Assembly: GCA_036278915.1 (NCBI GenBank)
Contig: DASUKB010000001.1
Coordinates: forward strand, 91,892-155,891
DNA length: 64,000 bases
DNA from: Patescibacteria group bacterium
Lineage (GTDB): Bacteria > Patescibacteriota > Doudnabacteria > UBA920 > O2-02-FULL-48-8
Direction: 5' to 3'
A program made the position numbers and the translations under genes. Of the stretch, positions 47,617 through 57,488 are shown in pieces. The notes beneath the pieces were generated by a model that had not been told where the DNA came from, ran no database searches, and worked only from the letters and a program-made list of their open reading frames with translations. Numbering within the stretch: position 1 is the first letter of the stretch; every line of letters starts with the position of its first letter.

Positions 47617-48330
47617 ATGAAAAACTATATTAAAACTATTATTCTGGTCGTGGTGCTTTTGGCAGTGGGGTATTTCCTCTTGCCTTATGTCAAAAATTAT
47701 CCCAAACATCCAACTCCAAGCTCGCAGACCTCCAGCACCTCAGGCACCAATTCGTCATCTTCTAATTCTTCAAGCTCTACAAGTTCCAGCAATGGCATTC
47801 AGACTTTTACGTCCAGCAATTTGGGCGTAAGTTTTCAGTATAATCCGGATCAGGACGGCGACGGCACAGCTGACACCACAGCAGCCGAATCGGGCGACAA
47901 GGTTTATGTTTACTACACTGCAAGCCCGATGGAGCAGGGACAATGGGTTGAGAAATTTACGAAGGATCCGTCCATGAGTTTGGCCGATGCGATTCAAAAA
48001 CAATTCTTGTCCGGCGTCTCAAGCACTGATTGCTTCGTTGCGGATATGGATTCTTTCTACACCCAGTATGGCGCGCAGGCGCCGGCTTCACCGCAGAACT
48101 TTGAGCGGGACATAATTGCGTATCCGTTTCCCACAGACCCCAACCAGCCGTTTGATGCCAATGCCAGCAAATGCCCGGCCACATACAGCCTAAGCAGCAG
48201 CGGATTGAGCTACTTTGCGATGGACAAAAATCACCCGGATCAATACTATTTCTTCAACATAGGGCAGTACGCGATAACTGCCGACACACAAGGTCAGCTG
48301 GCTTGGCAGGACACATTTGAGATAAAATAA
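47617..48330 (+). CDS. Hypothetical secreted protein with Ser-rich low-complexity linker
   Basis: Signal/TM segment IILVVVLLAVGYFLL, then SSTSGTNSSSSNSSSSTSSSNG, then a globular C-terminal domain. Confidence 0.4.
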   Translation: MKNYIKTIILVVVLLAVGYFLLPYVKNYPKHPTPSSQTSSTSGTNSSSSNSSSSTSSSNGIQTFTSSNLGVSFQYNPDQDGDGTADTTAAESGDKVYVYYTASPMEQGQWVEKFTKDPSMSLADAIQKQFLSGVSSTDCFVADMDSFYTQYGAQAPASPQNFERDIIAYPFPTDPNQPFDANASKCPATYSLSSSGLSYFAMDKNHPDQYYFFNIGQYAITADTQGQLAWQDTFEIK

Positions 48331-48404
48331 TCAGAGTCCAAAAAATGGATACCAACATTGAATTTTGGGAATTAAAAAACTCTTCTGGTTTCCAGAAGAG
48401 TTTT

Positions 48405-48590
48405 TTACTTGGTGGCCATGGCCAATTTATGGTTGCGGGTCCGGATGCACTTGGTGCAGGCGCGGATTCTACCGTGTTCAACTTTAAGCCATTGGAGATT
48501 GGGATAGAGTTTGACTTTGGTAGCGCGCATGGAGTGGGAGCGCCGGACAGAGTTGAGGTAGCCTTTGCCGCAGATTTCACATTTTCGCAT
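48405..48590 (-). CDS. rpmB: 50S ribosomal protein L28
   Basis: MRKCEICGKGYLNSVRRSHSMRATKVKLYPNLQ...CTKCIR matches the L28 zinc-ribbon pattern. The ORF-track start at 48635 is an upstream extension. Confidence 0.7.
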   Translation of the reverse strand: MRKCEICGKGYLNSVRRSHSMRATKVKLYPNLQWLKVEHGRIRACTKCIRTRNHKLAMATK

Positions 48591-48659
48591 ATGCGTTCCT
48601 TTTGCTACAATTAAGGTACTGACAAAGTTTAGCATTAAATTGACCGCAAGTCAACCTTT

Positions 48660-49301
48660 ATGGATCTTTTGAGCATTGTGATTTTAATTTTGATTTTGCT
48701 TTTTTCCGTGATATTCCACGAGGTGGCGCACGGCGTGGTCGCAGAACATTTGGGCGACCCAACCGCGCGGTATGCCGGAAGGCTCACGCTTAACCCTATC
48801 CCGCACATTGATTTGTTTGGGTCCATCTTGCTTCCTGCTATCTTGCTTATCTTCCATTCGCCGTTTTTGTTTGGCGCGGCCAAGCCCGTGCCAGTCAATT
48901 ACCAGAATTTGCGCAACTTCCGGAAGGACATGATACTCGTGGCGTTTGCAGGCCCGGCCACGAATTTCCTGCTTGCGATTATGGCCGCTATTGCGTACCG
49001 GCTGTTTCCCAATACATCGCCCCTGGCCGGGTCTATACTTTTGGAAGTCGTCATTCTCAATTTGGTGCTAGCCGTGTTTAACCTTATACCAATCCCGCCG
49101 CTGGACGGGTCCAAAATTTTGGCCTCGCTTCTGGGATTCGTGGACCGGGGGATTATGTACTGGATTTTGGAACTGGAACGCTACGGATTTATATTGATCA
49201 TATTGTTTTTATTTACGGGATTGTTCACGGCAATTTTGATTCCAACCGTGTCGTTCTTTGCCGGCCTCCTACTGGGCACCGGAGTAAATCTGGGATTTTA
49301 G
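48660..49301 (+). CDS. Site-2-protease-family (M50) intramembrane metalloprotease, small form
   Basis: HExxH in IFHEVAHGVVAEHLGD within a TM helix. LDGS(K) motif in the second half. Confidence 0.75.
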   Translation: MDLLSIVILILILLFSVIFHEVAHGVVAEHLGDPTARYAGRLTLNPIPHIDLFGSILLPAILLIFHSPFLFGAAKPVPVNYQNLRNFRKDMILVAFAGPATNFLLAIMAAIAYRLFPNTSPLAGSILLEVVILNLVLAVFNLIPIPPLDGSKILASLLGFVDRGIMYWILELERYGFILIILFLFTGLFTAILIPTVSFFAGLLLGTGVNLGF

Positions 49302-49360
49302 AAATAAAAAAGACCCACAAGCGGCACACACTTTCGTGTGTACACACTCATGGGACGTGA

Positions 49361-49762
49361 TTACGACCGGGTCTTCGGGAAAATTCCGGTCTCGATGCGT
49401 ACGAAGCCTTCTTCGGTCTGCTTCAGTATCAAATCGCAATGTTTGGACTTCTCCAGTCCTCCGAAGTAGGTCATAATTCCGATGGCCACCAGCTCTTCCG
49501 GTGTTGTCTTGCATCTGGTTGACAAGTCCGCCAGCATATCCGCCGCTTCATTCTTCACGTTGACCAGGATCGTGGTATCACCCGTGCTTGGGTGTAGCAG
49601 GAAGGGAAAAATTTCATCGCTATCCCGATCTTCCCAGTACAAGGGCTTGCCTACGATTTCCTGTTGCTTGCCGAGCAGGACAGCGCTCATAGCGTTCGAG
49701 ATTGTTTTTGAATCTCGGAGTTTGGCTTTCTGTTCCTGAGAAACTGCCACAACAAGTCTCAT
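49361..49762 (-). CDS. Hypothetical protein, GC-rich two-gene cassette, gene B
   Basis: The internal ATG (M19 of the ORF-track entry) carries a GGAGG SD. The longer ORF start would overlap the upstream repeat/terminator. No family recognised. Confidence 0.4.
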   Translation of the reverse strand: MRLVVAVSQEQKAKLRDSKTISNAMSAVLLGKQQEIVGKPLYWEDRDSDEIFPFLLHPSTGDTTILVNVKNEAADMLADLSTRCKTTPEELVAIGIMTYFGGLEKSKHCDLILKQTEEGFVRIETGIFPKTRS

Positions 49763-49834
49763 ATCTTCCTCCGTTAAAGAAAGACCCGCAAGCGGCACAC
49801 ACTTTCGTGTGTACACGCCTGCGGGTCGCGATCG

Positions 49835-50464
49835 TCAGATCAGGCTGCGGAATGCATCCGCTTCCTGCTTGCGCCGTTCCAGCATCAGCTGACGCTGATT
49901 CGTTGTATGCTGCAGGTTGCGCTCCGTGGCCTCGGCGTCGGCCTGGTTCTTCATCGCCCGCCTGTTGTTCTCAGCGATTACGGCACGCTTCCTGTCGCGC
50001 TTCTTCTGTTCGTCATCGGCCGCTTTGAGCGCATCGTGGACCATCGTGTAGGCCTCGACGCGGTTTTCAAACGTGCCGTTGGTCTCGGTGTGCACCGCTT
50101 CGACCGCCTTATTGAACTTCGACTTGAGGCCGGCGAGAAGGTCTTCGTCGTACTTCTCTCCTTCACGCTCTTCGAGCTGACGAGAGAAGTAGGATTTTCG
50201 CGAGATCTCGATGCCGTTGTCCGACACGACACGATCGAGAAATGCGTTGCGTATGAAAGCACCGAAGATGGCGTGGAGACCGTTGATGGCCTCGTTTGCC
50301 GCCCGAACCGCGTTCTGCTCGTCGCCCTTTTCGAGGTGGGAGGCGGTCATGTTGATGTTGGTCCTCACCGTGTCCGGGATACGGAACGATTCGATCTTCT
50401 TGACGGTTCCCAGGAGGGTTACGAGTTGTTCTTTCGCGTCTTGGATCGTGGTGGCTTTGGCCAT
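49835..50464 (-). CDS. Hypothetical helical/charged protein, GC-rich two-gene cassette, gene A
   Basis: 209 aa with an AAGGAG SD. A basic C-terminal stretch (KKRDRKRAVIAENNRRAMKNQ). No family recognised. Confidence 0.4.
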   Translation of the reverse strand: MAKATTIQDAKEQLVTLLGTVKKIESFRIPDTVRTNINMTASHLEKGDEQNAVRAANEAINGLHAIFGAFIRNAFLDRVVSDNGIEISRKSYFSRQLEEREGEKYDEDLLAGLKSKFNKAVEAVHTETNGTFENRVEAYTMVHDALKAADDEQKKRDRKRAVIAENNRRAMKNQADAEATERNLQHTTNQRQLMLERRKQEADAFRSLI

Positions 50465-50640
50465 CGCAATAACTCCTTGAAATTGTGTGAAAATCCCGCT
50501 AGGGCAGAATTGTCCCTTTTGGGAGGATTGGACTAGCTTTCTAGTCTAATTCTTCCAAAAGCGACCCAGTCTTATCCAGACAATACAGATTAGCATAAAA
50601 TATGGCATTTGTCAATAGCTTGGGTTTGATTTATACAGAG

Positions 50641-50669
50641 TTGACGCGCGATGCAAAACCTGTTATTAT
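50641..50669 (+). promoter_or_regulatory. Sigma70-like promoter of the str operon (TTGACG-17-TATTAT)
   Basis: Consensus-like hexamers with a 17-nt spacer, ~90 nt upstream of rpsL. Confidence 0.5.
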
Positions 50670-50713
50670 TTGCCAGTACAAGATATTTTAGTATTTAAGT
50701 CCGTTAGAGTTGC

Positions 50714-50740
50714 AACGGCAAGCCTTGCCGTTTTGTTTTG
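50714..50740 (+). promoter_or_regulatory. Terminator-like hairpin in the rpsL 5' leader (possible attenuator)
   Basis: AACGGCAAG/CTTGCCGTT stem, then TTTTGTTTTG, between the promoter and the rpsL ATG. Confidence 0.4.
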
Positions 50741-50756
50741 TAAGAATGTAATAATC

Positions 50757-51170
50757 ATGCCTACCATAAATCAGCTTGTCCGACACGGACGCACCAAATC
50801 AGTATATAAATCAAAGTCTCCAGCCCTGGAGCGCGTTTATAATTCGCTCAAAGGCGAGAACTACAACGTCGCCAAAGGTTCGCCGTTTAAGCGCGGCGTC
50901 TGTATAAAAGTCTCTACTATGACGCCGAAGAAGCCAAACTCGGCTATCCGCAAATTCGCCCGTGTGCGCTTGAGCAACGGCATGGAAGTCAACGCCTACA
51001 TCCCAGGGATAGGCCACAACTTGCAGGAGCACAGCGTGGTTATGATCCGCGGCGGCCGCGTGAAAGATTTGCCAGGTATGCGCTACCACATCGTAAGAGG
51101 CAAACTTGATGCCGGCGGAGTAGAAGGAAGAAAGAGATCAAGATCTAAATACGGAGCAAAGAAAAGTTAA
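50757..51170 (+). CDS. rpsL: 30S ribosomal protein S12
   Basis: [12 protein letters not shown]...[18 protein letters not shown]. The ORF-track start at 50670 is an upstream extension. Confidence 0.95.
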   Translation: MPTINQLVRHGRTKSVYKSKSPALERVYNSLKGENYNVAKGSPFKRGVCIKVSTMTPKKPNSAIRKFARVRLSNGMEVNAYIPGIGHNLQEHSVVMIRGGRVKDLPGMRYHIVRGKLDAGGVEGRKRSRSKYGAKKS

Positions 51171-51245
51171 ATTGACCTAACTACTAATTGATCTAATTTC
51201 TAAACTTTAGGTCAATTAGAAATTAGTAATTAGAAATTTTATTTT

Positions 51246-51764
51246 ATGCCACGCAAAGCCAGATCATATGACCGCCATCCAGTGGATGCGGATCACAAAT
51301 ACAACAGCGTTAAGCTGTCTAAGTTTATAAACTACGTTATGACTCGCGGCAAAAAGACTGTTGCCGCTAAAGTCGTGTACGATGCCTTGGATATAATCGC
51401 AAAAGGAGCAACTCCCGCCGAAGGCGGATCCGCCTCCGGCGGAAAAGCCGACCCAAAGGTTTTGTTTGAACAGGCGGTACGGAATGTCTCGCCGATTTTG
51501 GAAGTTAAAGGCCGCCGCATCGGCGGTGCCAACTACCAGGTGCCTATGGAAGTTCAGGAGCCGCGCAAAACTACGCTTGGTATGAAATGGATTATAGACG
51601 CGGCCCGCGCCAAAAAGGGAAAACCCATGGCGGAAAAATTGGCATCCGAACTTATGGAAGCCTACAACAAAACCGGTTCGGCCATCAAAAAGCGCGAAGA
51701 CGTACACAAAATGGCTGAAGCCAACAAGGCTTTTGCGCATTTCGCAAGATTCCAGAGACGGTAG
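51246..51764 (+). CDS. rpsG: 30S ribosomal protein S7
   Basis: [22 protein letters not shown]...; carries an internal insertion ([17 protein letters not shown]). Confidence 0.9.
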   Translation: MPRKARSYDRHPVDADHKYNSVKLSKFINYVMTRGKKTVAAKVVYDALDIIAKGATPAEGGSASGGKADPKVLFEQAVRNVSPILEVKGRRIGGANYQVPMEVQEPRKTTLGMKWIIDAARAKKGKPMAEKLASELMEAYNKTGSAIKKREDVHKMAEANKAFAHFARFQRR

Positions 51765-51872
51765 ATCGCTCGGTCAGAAATTTTTTGTCGGACACGCCCG
51801 CTTAGGGCCGGCTAAAGTGCTCAACATTGGAAGGTTTCGCACGTTGTCCTCCAAAAAATTTCTGCCCTCGCT
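51765..51872 (+). repeat. Conserved ~105-nt structured intergenic element, copy 3 (rpsG-fusA spacer)
   Basis: Aligns with the other two copies. It carries the GAC:GTC to AAC:GTT compensatory change in the central helix and fills the usually short rpsG-fusA spacer. Confidence 0.6.
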
Positions 51873-51893
51873 AATAAACAATTTTAAAATTAC

Positions 51894-54026
51894 ATGGCCA
51901 GAGAATACTCATTAGAAAAAACCAGGAATATCGGAATTATTGCCCATATCGACGCCGGTAAGACCACGACTACCGAGTCTATTTTGTTTTACACGGGAAA
52001 AATTCACAAGATCGGCGAAGTCCACGAAGGCAACACGGCTATGGACTGGATGGAACAGGAACGCGAGCGCGGCATTACTATTACCGCGGCGGCCACGACT
52101 TCGTTTTGGTCCACCTCATTACAAAACGGCGGGGCTTCGCCTGACACACACCGCATAAACATCATAGATACTCCCGGCCACGTGGACTTTACGGTGGAAG
52201 TGGAACGGTCTTTGCGCGTGCTCGATGGCGCGATCGTAGTATTTGACGGCAAAATGGGTGTGGAGCCGCAGTCGGAGACCGTCTGGCGGCAGGCGGATAA
52301 ATATTCCGTGCCCCGTATGTGCTTTATAAATAAAATCAACCAAACTGGCGGGGATTTTTACAAGTCTCTGGATGCCATCCATAAGCGCTTGTCACCGAAC
52401 GCCTTTCCAATCCAACTTCCTATCGGATTTGAAAAAGACATCGTCGGCATTGTGGATTTGGTGAAGATGAAATCCTACACCTACAAAGAACATAAAGATA
52501 AGGGATTCACCGAGGGCGAAGTGCCGGCGGACATGGCTGAAAAAACAAAAGAGTATCGCATCAAACTCGTGGAAAAAGTCGTGGAAACCGATGACGCGCT
52601 TATGGAAAAATATCTGGCGGGACAGGAAATTTCAAATGACGAACTTATGAAAGCTATCCGCGCCGCAACCCTCACCGGCAAATTTTACCCGGTGCTGGGA
52701 GGTGATGGTCGGGGACTTATCGTAACCACGCTTCTGGACGGGGTAGTAAATTATTTGCCATCACCGTTGGACAAGCCTCCGGTTAAAGCCGTTGACATCA
52801 AAACCGGCGAGGAAATTTTACTGACGCCCAAAGACAGCGACAAATTTGTTGCGCTGGCGTTTAAGATTGCCACTGACCCATTTGTCGGGAAACTGGCGTT
52901 CTTCCGTGTTTACACAGGCACTCTTTCAGCCGGGTCATACATCCTCAACACTCGCTCTGGTAACAAGGAGCGTGTTGGACGATTGGTGCGTCTGCACGCG
53001 GACTCGCGCGAAGAAGTTAAGGAAGTTTATTCCGGAGATATTGCCGCACTAGTCGGGCCGAAAGATACTTTCACTGGCGACACGCTTTGCGACGCGGAGC
53101 ATCCGATCCAGCTAGAATCCATTAAATTTCCGGAGCCGGTTATTTCTGTCGCAATTGAGCCTAAGACCAAAGCCGACCAGGAAAAAATGGGCTTGGCTTT
53201 GCAGAAATTGGCGGAAGAAGATCCAACTTTCCGCGTCTCAACTGATGAGGAAGTCCAACAGACACTTATATCCGGAATGGGCGAATTGCATTTGGAAATT
53301 CTGGTGGATCGTATGAAACGAGAATTTAAAGTGGAAGCTAACGTCGGTAAACCGCAAGTGGCGTACAAAGAAACGATCAAGGGAAAATCCGAAGCCGAAG
53401 GCAAATACATCCGTCAGACCGGCGGCCGCGGCCAATATGGCCATGTTTATATTCGCATTGAACCGCAGGATGATCCCACCAAAGGCAATGAGTTTGTAAA
53501 CGAAATCGTGGGCGGTGTAATTCCCAAAGAATACATCAAACCGGTCGAAAAAGGCATTGCCGAAGCTGAAGACCGCGGGGTTATCGCAGGATTTCCGGTG
53601 CTCAATATCAAAACAACATTGTACGATGGTTCTTACCACGAAGTTGACTCCTCCGAAATCGCGTTTAAAATCGCAGGCTCAATGGCTTTCCAGGATGCAG
53701 TTAAAAAAGCCAACCCGATACTGCTGGAGCCGATTATGAAAGTTGAGGTCACAACTCCGGAGTCGTCCATGGGCGACGTTATTGGCGACCTTAACGCCAA
53801 GCGCGGCAAGATTTTGGAAATGACAGACCGCGGCAATCTCAAAATTATAGACGCAGAAGTGCCTTTGGCTGAAATGTTTGGCTACGCTACGCAGATTCGA
53901 TCCATGTCGCAAGGCCAGGCTTCCTATACCATGGAATTTCACCATTACGAAGAAGTTCCGCGCAATGTGGCGGAAAAAATCATTGGCGAGTCAGGTAAGA
54001 TCCGCGTCGGACAAGTTGGGAAATAA
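51894..54026 (+). CDS. fusA: Elongation factor G
   Basis: [23 protein letters not shown] and the domain IV/V motifs. 710 aa. Terminator at 54038-54062. Confidence 0.95.
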   Translation: MAREYSLEKTRNIGIIAHIDAGKTTTTESILFYTGKIHKIGEVHEGNTAMDWMEQERERGITITAAATTSFWSTSLQNGGASPDTHRINIIDTPGHVDFTVEVERSLRVLDGAIVVFDGKMGVEPQSETVWRQADKYSVPRMCFINKINQTGGDFYKSLDAIHKRLSPNAFPIQLPIGFEKDIVGIVDLVKMKSYTYKEHKDKGFTEGEVPADMAEKTKEYRIKLVEKVVETDDALMEKYLAGQEISNDELMKAIRAATLTGKFYPVLGGDGRGLIVTTLLDGVVNYLPSPLDKPPVKAVDIKTGEEILLTPKDSDKFVALAFKIATDPFVGKLAFFRVYTGTLSAGSYILNTRSGNKERVGRLVRLHADSREEVKEVYSGDIAALVGPKDTFTGDTLCDAEHPIQLESIKFPEPVISVAIEPKTKADQEKMGLALQKLAEEDPTFRVSTDEEVQQTLISGMGELHLEILVDRMKREFKVEANVGKPQVAYKETIKGKSEAEGKYIRQTGGRGQYGHVYIRIEPQDDPTKGNEFVNEIVGGVIPKEYIKPVEKGIAEAEDRGVIAGFPVLNIKTTLYDGSYHEVDSSEIAFKIAGSMAFQDAVKKANPILLEPIMKVEVTTPESSMGDVIGDLNAKRGKILEMTDRGNLKIIDAEVPLAEMFGYATQIRSMSQGQASYTMEFHHYEEVPRNVAEKIIGESGKIRVGQVGK

Positions 54027-54037
54027 TTGTTAAATTA

Positions 54038-54062
54038 TCCCCGCGAAAGCGGGGATTTTTTT
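54038..54062 (+). terminator. Intrinsic terminator after fusA
   Basis: TCCCCGC-gaaa-GCGGGGA plus TTTTTTT. Confidence 0.75.
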
Positions 54063-54125
54063 GTCTTACCAGACGAGTGTCTATTTCTTTTCTAGAAAAG
54101 AAATAGACGAAAGAAAAGTCGCGAC

Positions 54126-54692
54126 CTAACGAAAAATTTCCGGGATTTCTATTGAGGAGATTGTTTCGCTTATAAATTTCGCTGCCTCTTGGACGGATTT
54201 TTCCAAGCCGCCGGGCTTAAAAGAATTTTTGATTACCAAATCAAATTGCAGATTGGATTGTTTTTCGCGTTCGTCATCCGCCTTTTCGCGCACCAGACTG
54301 CGGTCCAATTCCCAATCGCGGTCCGGAATAACTTTTATAAGCACCAGATGATAACCTTGAGCTCGCAGTGTGGGCACAGTGCTTTCTATGATTGCAAATA
54401 TGCCACAGTGGGAAATCAAACATTCGTCCAGGTTTTGTCTTTCGTATATGTAATGGTTGCCGCTATAGATTTCGTGGCTCAAGAATCCTGCTTGGTTTTG
54501 CCGGTCTTGCGCATACGCTTCGTCCACAAATTTATAAAAAAGATCATCGTAGTCGTCGCGTCTGGGCCTGGTGGACGTGGATTTAATAATTTGTAGGTGC
54601 GGTAAAAAGTTCAGAAGCTCTATCATAATGGTGGTTTTGCCAGAGCCGGATGCGCCTATAAACGCAAAAATTATATGTTTTTGGTTAGTCAT
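54126..54692 (-). CDS. Guanylate-kinase-like P-loop NTPase
   Basis: Walker A GASGSGKTT. STSTRPRRDDYDDLFYKFVDEAY...YSGNHY resembles the GMP-binding region of Gmk. Inserted between fusA and tuf on the opposite strand. Confidence 0.5.
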   Translation of the reverse strand: MTNQKHIIFAFIGASGSGKTTIMIELLNFLPHLQIIKSTSTRPRRDDYDDLFYKFVDEAYAQDRQNQAGFLSHEIYSGNHYIYERQNLDECLISHCGIFAIIESTVPTLRAQGYHLVLIKVIPDRDWELDRSLVREKADDEREKQSNLQFDLVIKNSFKPGGLEKSVQEAAKFISETISSIEIPEIFR

Positions 54693-54774
54693 ATAATATT
54701 TATAGCAAAAAGAAAACGGCTCGGATAGCTCGAGCCGTTAATAACGGCGAGTCCGGTCGGATTCGCTGTATTCG

Positions 54775-54963
54775 TTAGATCTTCTGGCCGAATTTTGCCA
54801 GGTACTTCTGGCGGCAATCACTGCAACCGCCGCGCAGATCACGGACGTGAGTGACGGCCCTGCCAGGAAGCACTGGCTTGAGGCCGTAGTAGCGCGGGCA
54901 CTTCTCGGTGAACTTCACGAGAGCAGTAAGCTTCGCGGAATTCAGGCCAGGCTCGTGATCCAA
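54775..54963 (-). CDS. Small hypothetical protein (possibly longer, non-canonical start) in GC-rich insert
   Basis: The open frame extends upstream to ~55080 without an ATG/GTG. The Cys-containing C-terminus reads CPRYYGL...GGCSDC. Confidence 0.2.
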   Translation of the reverse strand: MDHEPGLNSAKLTALVKFTEKCPRYYGLKPVLPGRAVTHVRDLRGGCSDCRQKYLAKFGQKI

Positions 54964-55104
54964 GACAGCGTCTTCGTCCTTTTTGTAGGTCTCCTGTTCC
55001 TGCTGTTTCAGGATTTCCAGGTAGACATTACTACTTTGGCTCCGAAAGTTCTTGAGCCTCGTACGAGCACTGCTGATATCAGTTTGTCTCGACAGATGAT
55101 CCTC

Positions 55105-55305
55105 CTATTGGAATGAAAGCCGGGCAGCGTACCCGAGGGCTGCTGCTGTGATCAGTAGGGAGAAGTAGAACGCCCTGATGATCAATCGGGGATGTTGAAC
55201 GTAGAAGTCGCGGCCAGCGGTCCCCAGGTGTGCCATGTGATAAAGCACAAATCCCAAAAGGATCATGACCGAGGCTGGGATAACGATAAGACAAACCCTT
55301 GCCAT
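55105..55305 (-). CDS. Small 2-TM hypothetical protein in GC-rich insert
   Basis: 66 aa with a GGAGGG SD. GC-rich relative to the flanks. Confidence 0.3.
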   Translation of the reverse strand: MARVCLIVIPASVMILLGFVLYHMAHLGTAGRDFYVQHPRLIIRAFYFSLLITAAALGYAARLSFQ

Positions 55306-55626
55306 AAACCCTCCGGTCCTACTTGTTTAAATAATTATGTTACCACCTGGAGGATTAGTCAAACGAGTATTCCGACAAGACTTTATCCACAACCCTTGAG
55401 GGACTTTACAATGTTAGTCAAATGCTTTATAATCTTAAAGCGTTTCAAATTAATTTATTAGCAGTTTTAAGCTCGGCGTCATCCTGATCTTGGCCAAATA
55501 CCAAAGTCGATAGGGTATTGGGCTAAGGATTCGGGAAGACTGGATACCACTTAGAGACTGCTTAAAAGGGATTTAGCCCTTCACTCCAAGGTTGAGAGAG
55601 GTTATAGTCCTGAAAGGAAGAAGCAA

Positions 55627-56814
55627 ATGGCGGAAAAATTTGACCGTTCCAAGCCGCACATCAACGTCGGTACCATTGGTCACGTCGACCATGGCAAAAC
55701 CACGCTGACTGCAGCCATCACCACTGTCTTGTCCAAGCAAGGCAAAGCCAAAGCGCGCGCTTATGATTCCATCGACAACGCTCCGGAAGAAAAGGCTCGC
55801 GGCATCACTATTAACACCTCCCACGCCGAATACGAAACCGACAAGCGTCACTACGCTCACGTCGACTGCCCGGGTCATGCTGACTATGTCAAAAACATGA
55901 TCACTGGCGCGGCCCAAATGGATGGTGCGATTTTGGTTGTGTCTGCAGCTGACGGCCCAATGCCCCAGACCCGCGAGCACATCTTGCTGGCCAAACAGGT
56001 CGGCGTGCCATACATTGTCGTTTATATGAACAAAGTGGATATGGTGGACGACAAAGAACTTCTGGACCTCGTGGAAGAGGAAATTCGCGATCTTTTGACC
56101 AAAAATGGATTTCCAGGAAAAGATACGCCTATCATCCGCGGTTCGGCATTGAAGGCTTTGGAAGGCGATACGTCAGAAATCGGCGAACCGTCGATCCTCA
56201 AGCTCGTGGACGCACTTGATACATACATCCCAGAACCAAAGCGCGAAACCGACAAGCCATTCCTCATGCCTATCGAAGACATTTTCTCAATTGAAGGCCG
56301 CGGCACCGTAGTTACCGGCCGTATTGAACGCGGTATCATCAAAGTCGGCGAAGAAATCGAAATTGTCGGCATCCGCCCAACCGTCAAGACTGTCGTCACT
56401 GGAATTGAAATGTTCAACAAGCAGTTGGATGAAGGTCGGGCTGGCGACAATGCAGGCATTCTGCTCCGCGGTACCAAGAAAGACGAAGTTGAACGCGGCC
56501 AGGTTTTGTGCAAGCCGGGTTCTGTGACCCCGCACACCGAATTTGACGCCGAAGTCTACATCCTCACCAAAGAAGAGGGCGGACGACACACCCCGTTCTT
56601 TAAAGGTTACAAGCCGCAGTTCTACATCCGTACCACAGACGTGACCGGAGAAGTTGAATTGCCAGCCGGCCAGGAAATGGTTATGCCGGGCGATACGGTA
56701 AGCTTGAAGATTAAACTCATCACCCCAGTAGCTATGGAAGACAAGATGCGGTTTGCTATCCGCGAAGGCGGACACACCGTGGGCGCGGGCGTGGTGCTCA
56801 AGATTACAAAATAA
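55627..56814 (+). CDS. tuf: Elongation factor Tu
   Basis: [27 protein letters not shown]. 395 aa. Confidence 0.97.
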   Translation: MAEKFDRSKPHINVGTIGHVDHGKTTLTAAITTVLSKQGKAKARAYDSIDNAPEEKARGITINTSHAEYETDKRHYAHVDCPGHADYVKNMITGAAQMDGAILVVSAADGPMPQTREHILLAKQVGVPYIVVYMNKVDMVDDKELLDLVEEEIRDLLTKNGFPGKDTPIIRGSALKALEGDTSEIGEPSILKLVDALDTYIPEPKRETDKPFLMPIEDIFSIEGRGTVVTGRIERGIIKVGEEIEIVGIRPTVKTVVTGIEMFNKQLDEGRAGDNAGILLRGTKKDEVERGQVLCKPGSVTPHTEFDAEVYILTKEEGGRHTPFFKGYKPQFYIRTTDVTGEVELPAGQEMVMPGDTVSLKIKLITPVAMEDKMRFAIREGGHTVGAGVVLKITK

Positions 56815-57054
56815 GCCAAAAGCTACTTATCGAAAGATAGGTAGCTTTTTGTGCGAACTGAAAGATTTCTGGGCGGGTCCCCGCAAATTTGCCACCCGCC
56901 TGAAATTGGCCGTCGCAGTCCACGGGCTAGTTTGCCGCCAGGGCTCGCTCCAAGTCCTGAACCGCACCACCTAAAATGCTCTTGACTTTAGCTCCCAAAT
57001 TCGCTAATATATCCAAGTTGCTTAATAATTAGTCGTTATTTATTTACCAATTGA

Positions 57055-57378
57055 ATGCCCGCTGAAAAGACAGAAACTGCCAGAATCCGGATTAAGATTC
57101 GAGCCTATGACCACAAACTCATAGACCAGTCCGCCCGATCTATAGTAGATACTGCCAAACGCACAGGCGCCGAAGTTATAGGCCCAGTGCCGCTGCCTAC
57201 TGAAAAATCCAAGGTTACCGTGAATCGCTCGACATTCGTGCACAAGAATGCCAGAGAGCAGTTTGAAATGCGCATTCATAAGCGGCTTATCGATATTGCC
57301 TCTCCCACACCCAAAACAATTGATGCGCTTTCAAACCTCAATTTGCCAGCAGGCGTGGATATAGAGATTAAAATGTAA
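57055..57378 (+). CDS. rpsJ: 30S ribosomal protein S10
   Basis: [39 protein letters not shown]. Confidence 0.95.
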   Translation: MPAEKTETARIRIKIRAYDHKLIDQSARSIVDTAKRTGAEVIGPVPLPTEKSKVTVNRSTFVHKNAREQFEMRIHKRLIDIASPTPKTIDALSNLNLPAGVDIEIKM

Positions 57379-57430
57379 ACATGGTTTAGATTGGATTGAT
57401 CCCCGAGGATATCGCCAGTCACACGAAGCA

Positions 57431-57475
57431 CCATTCAGGCTTCTTGTTTCCGGGATCCTGAATGGTTTTTTGTTT
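57431..57475 (+). promoter_or_regulatory. Terminator-like hairpin between rpsJ and rplC (possible S10-operon attenuator)
   Basis: CCATTCAGG...CCTGAATGG 9-bp stem, then TTTTTTGTTT. Confidence 0.4.
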
Positions 57476-57488
57476 AAAGAAGTATCAA

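Noticed and set aside
48345-48614. 89-aa + ORF
   Set aside because: It is antisense to the L28 (rpmB) gene, which has a clear zinc-ribbon r-protein signature.
57462-57488. Earlier ATG for rplC (MVFCLKKYQ...)
   Set aside because: That ATG lies inside the 9-bp stem of the rpsJ-rplC hairpin. The L3 family starts align with the downstream Met.
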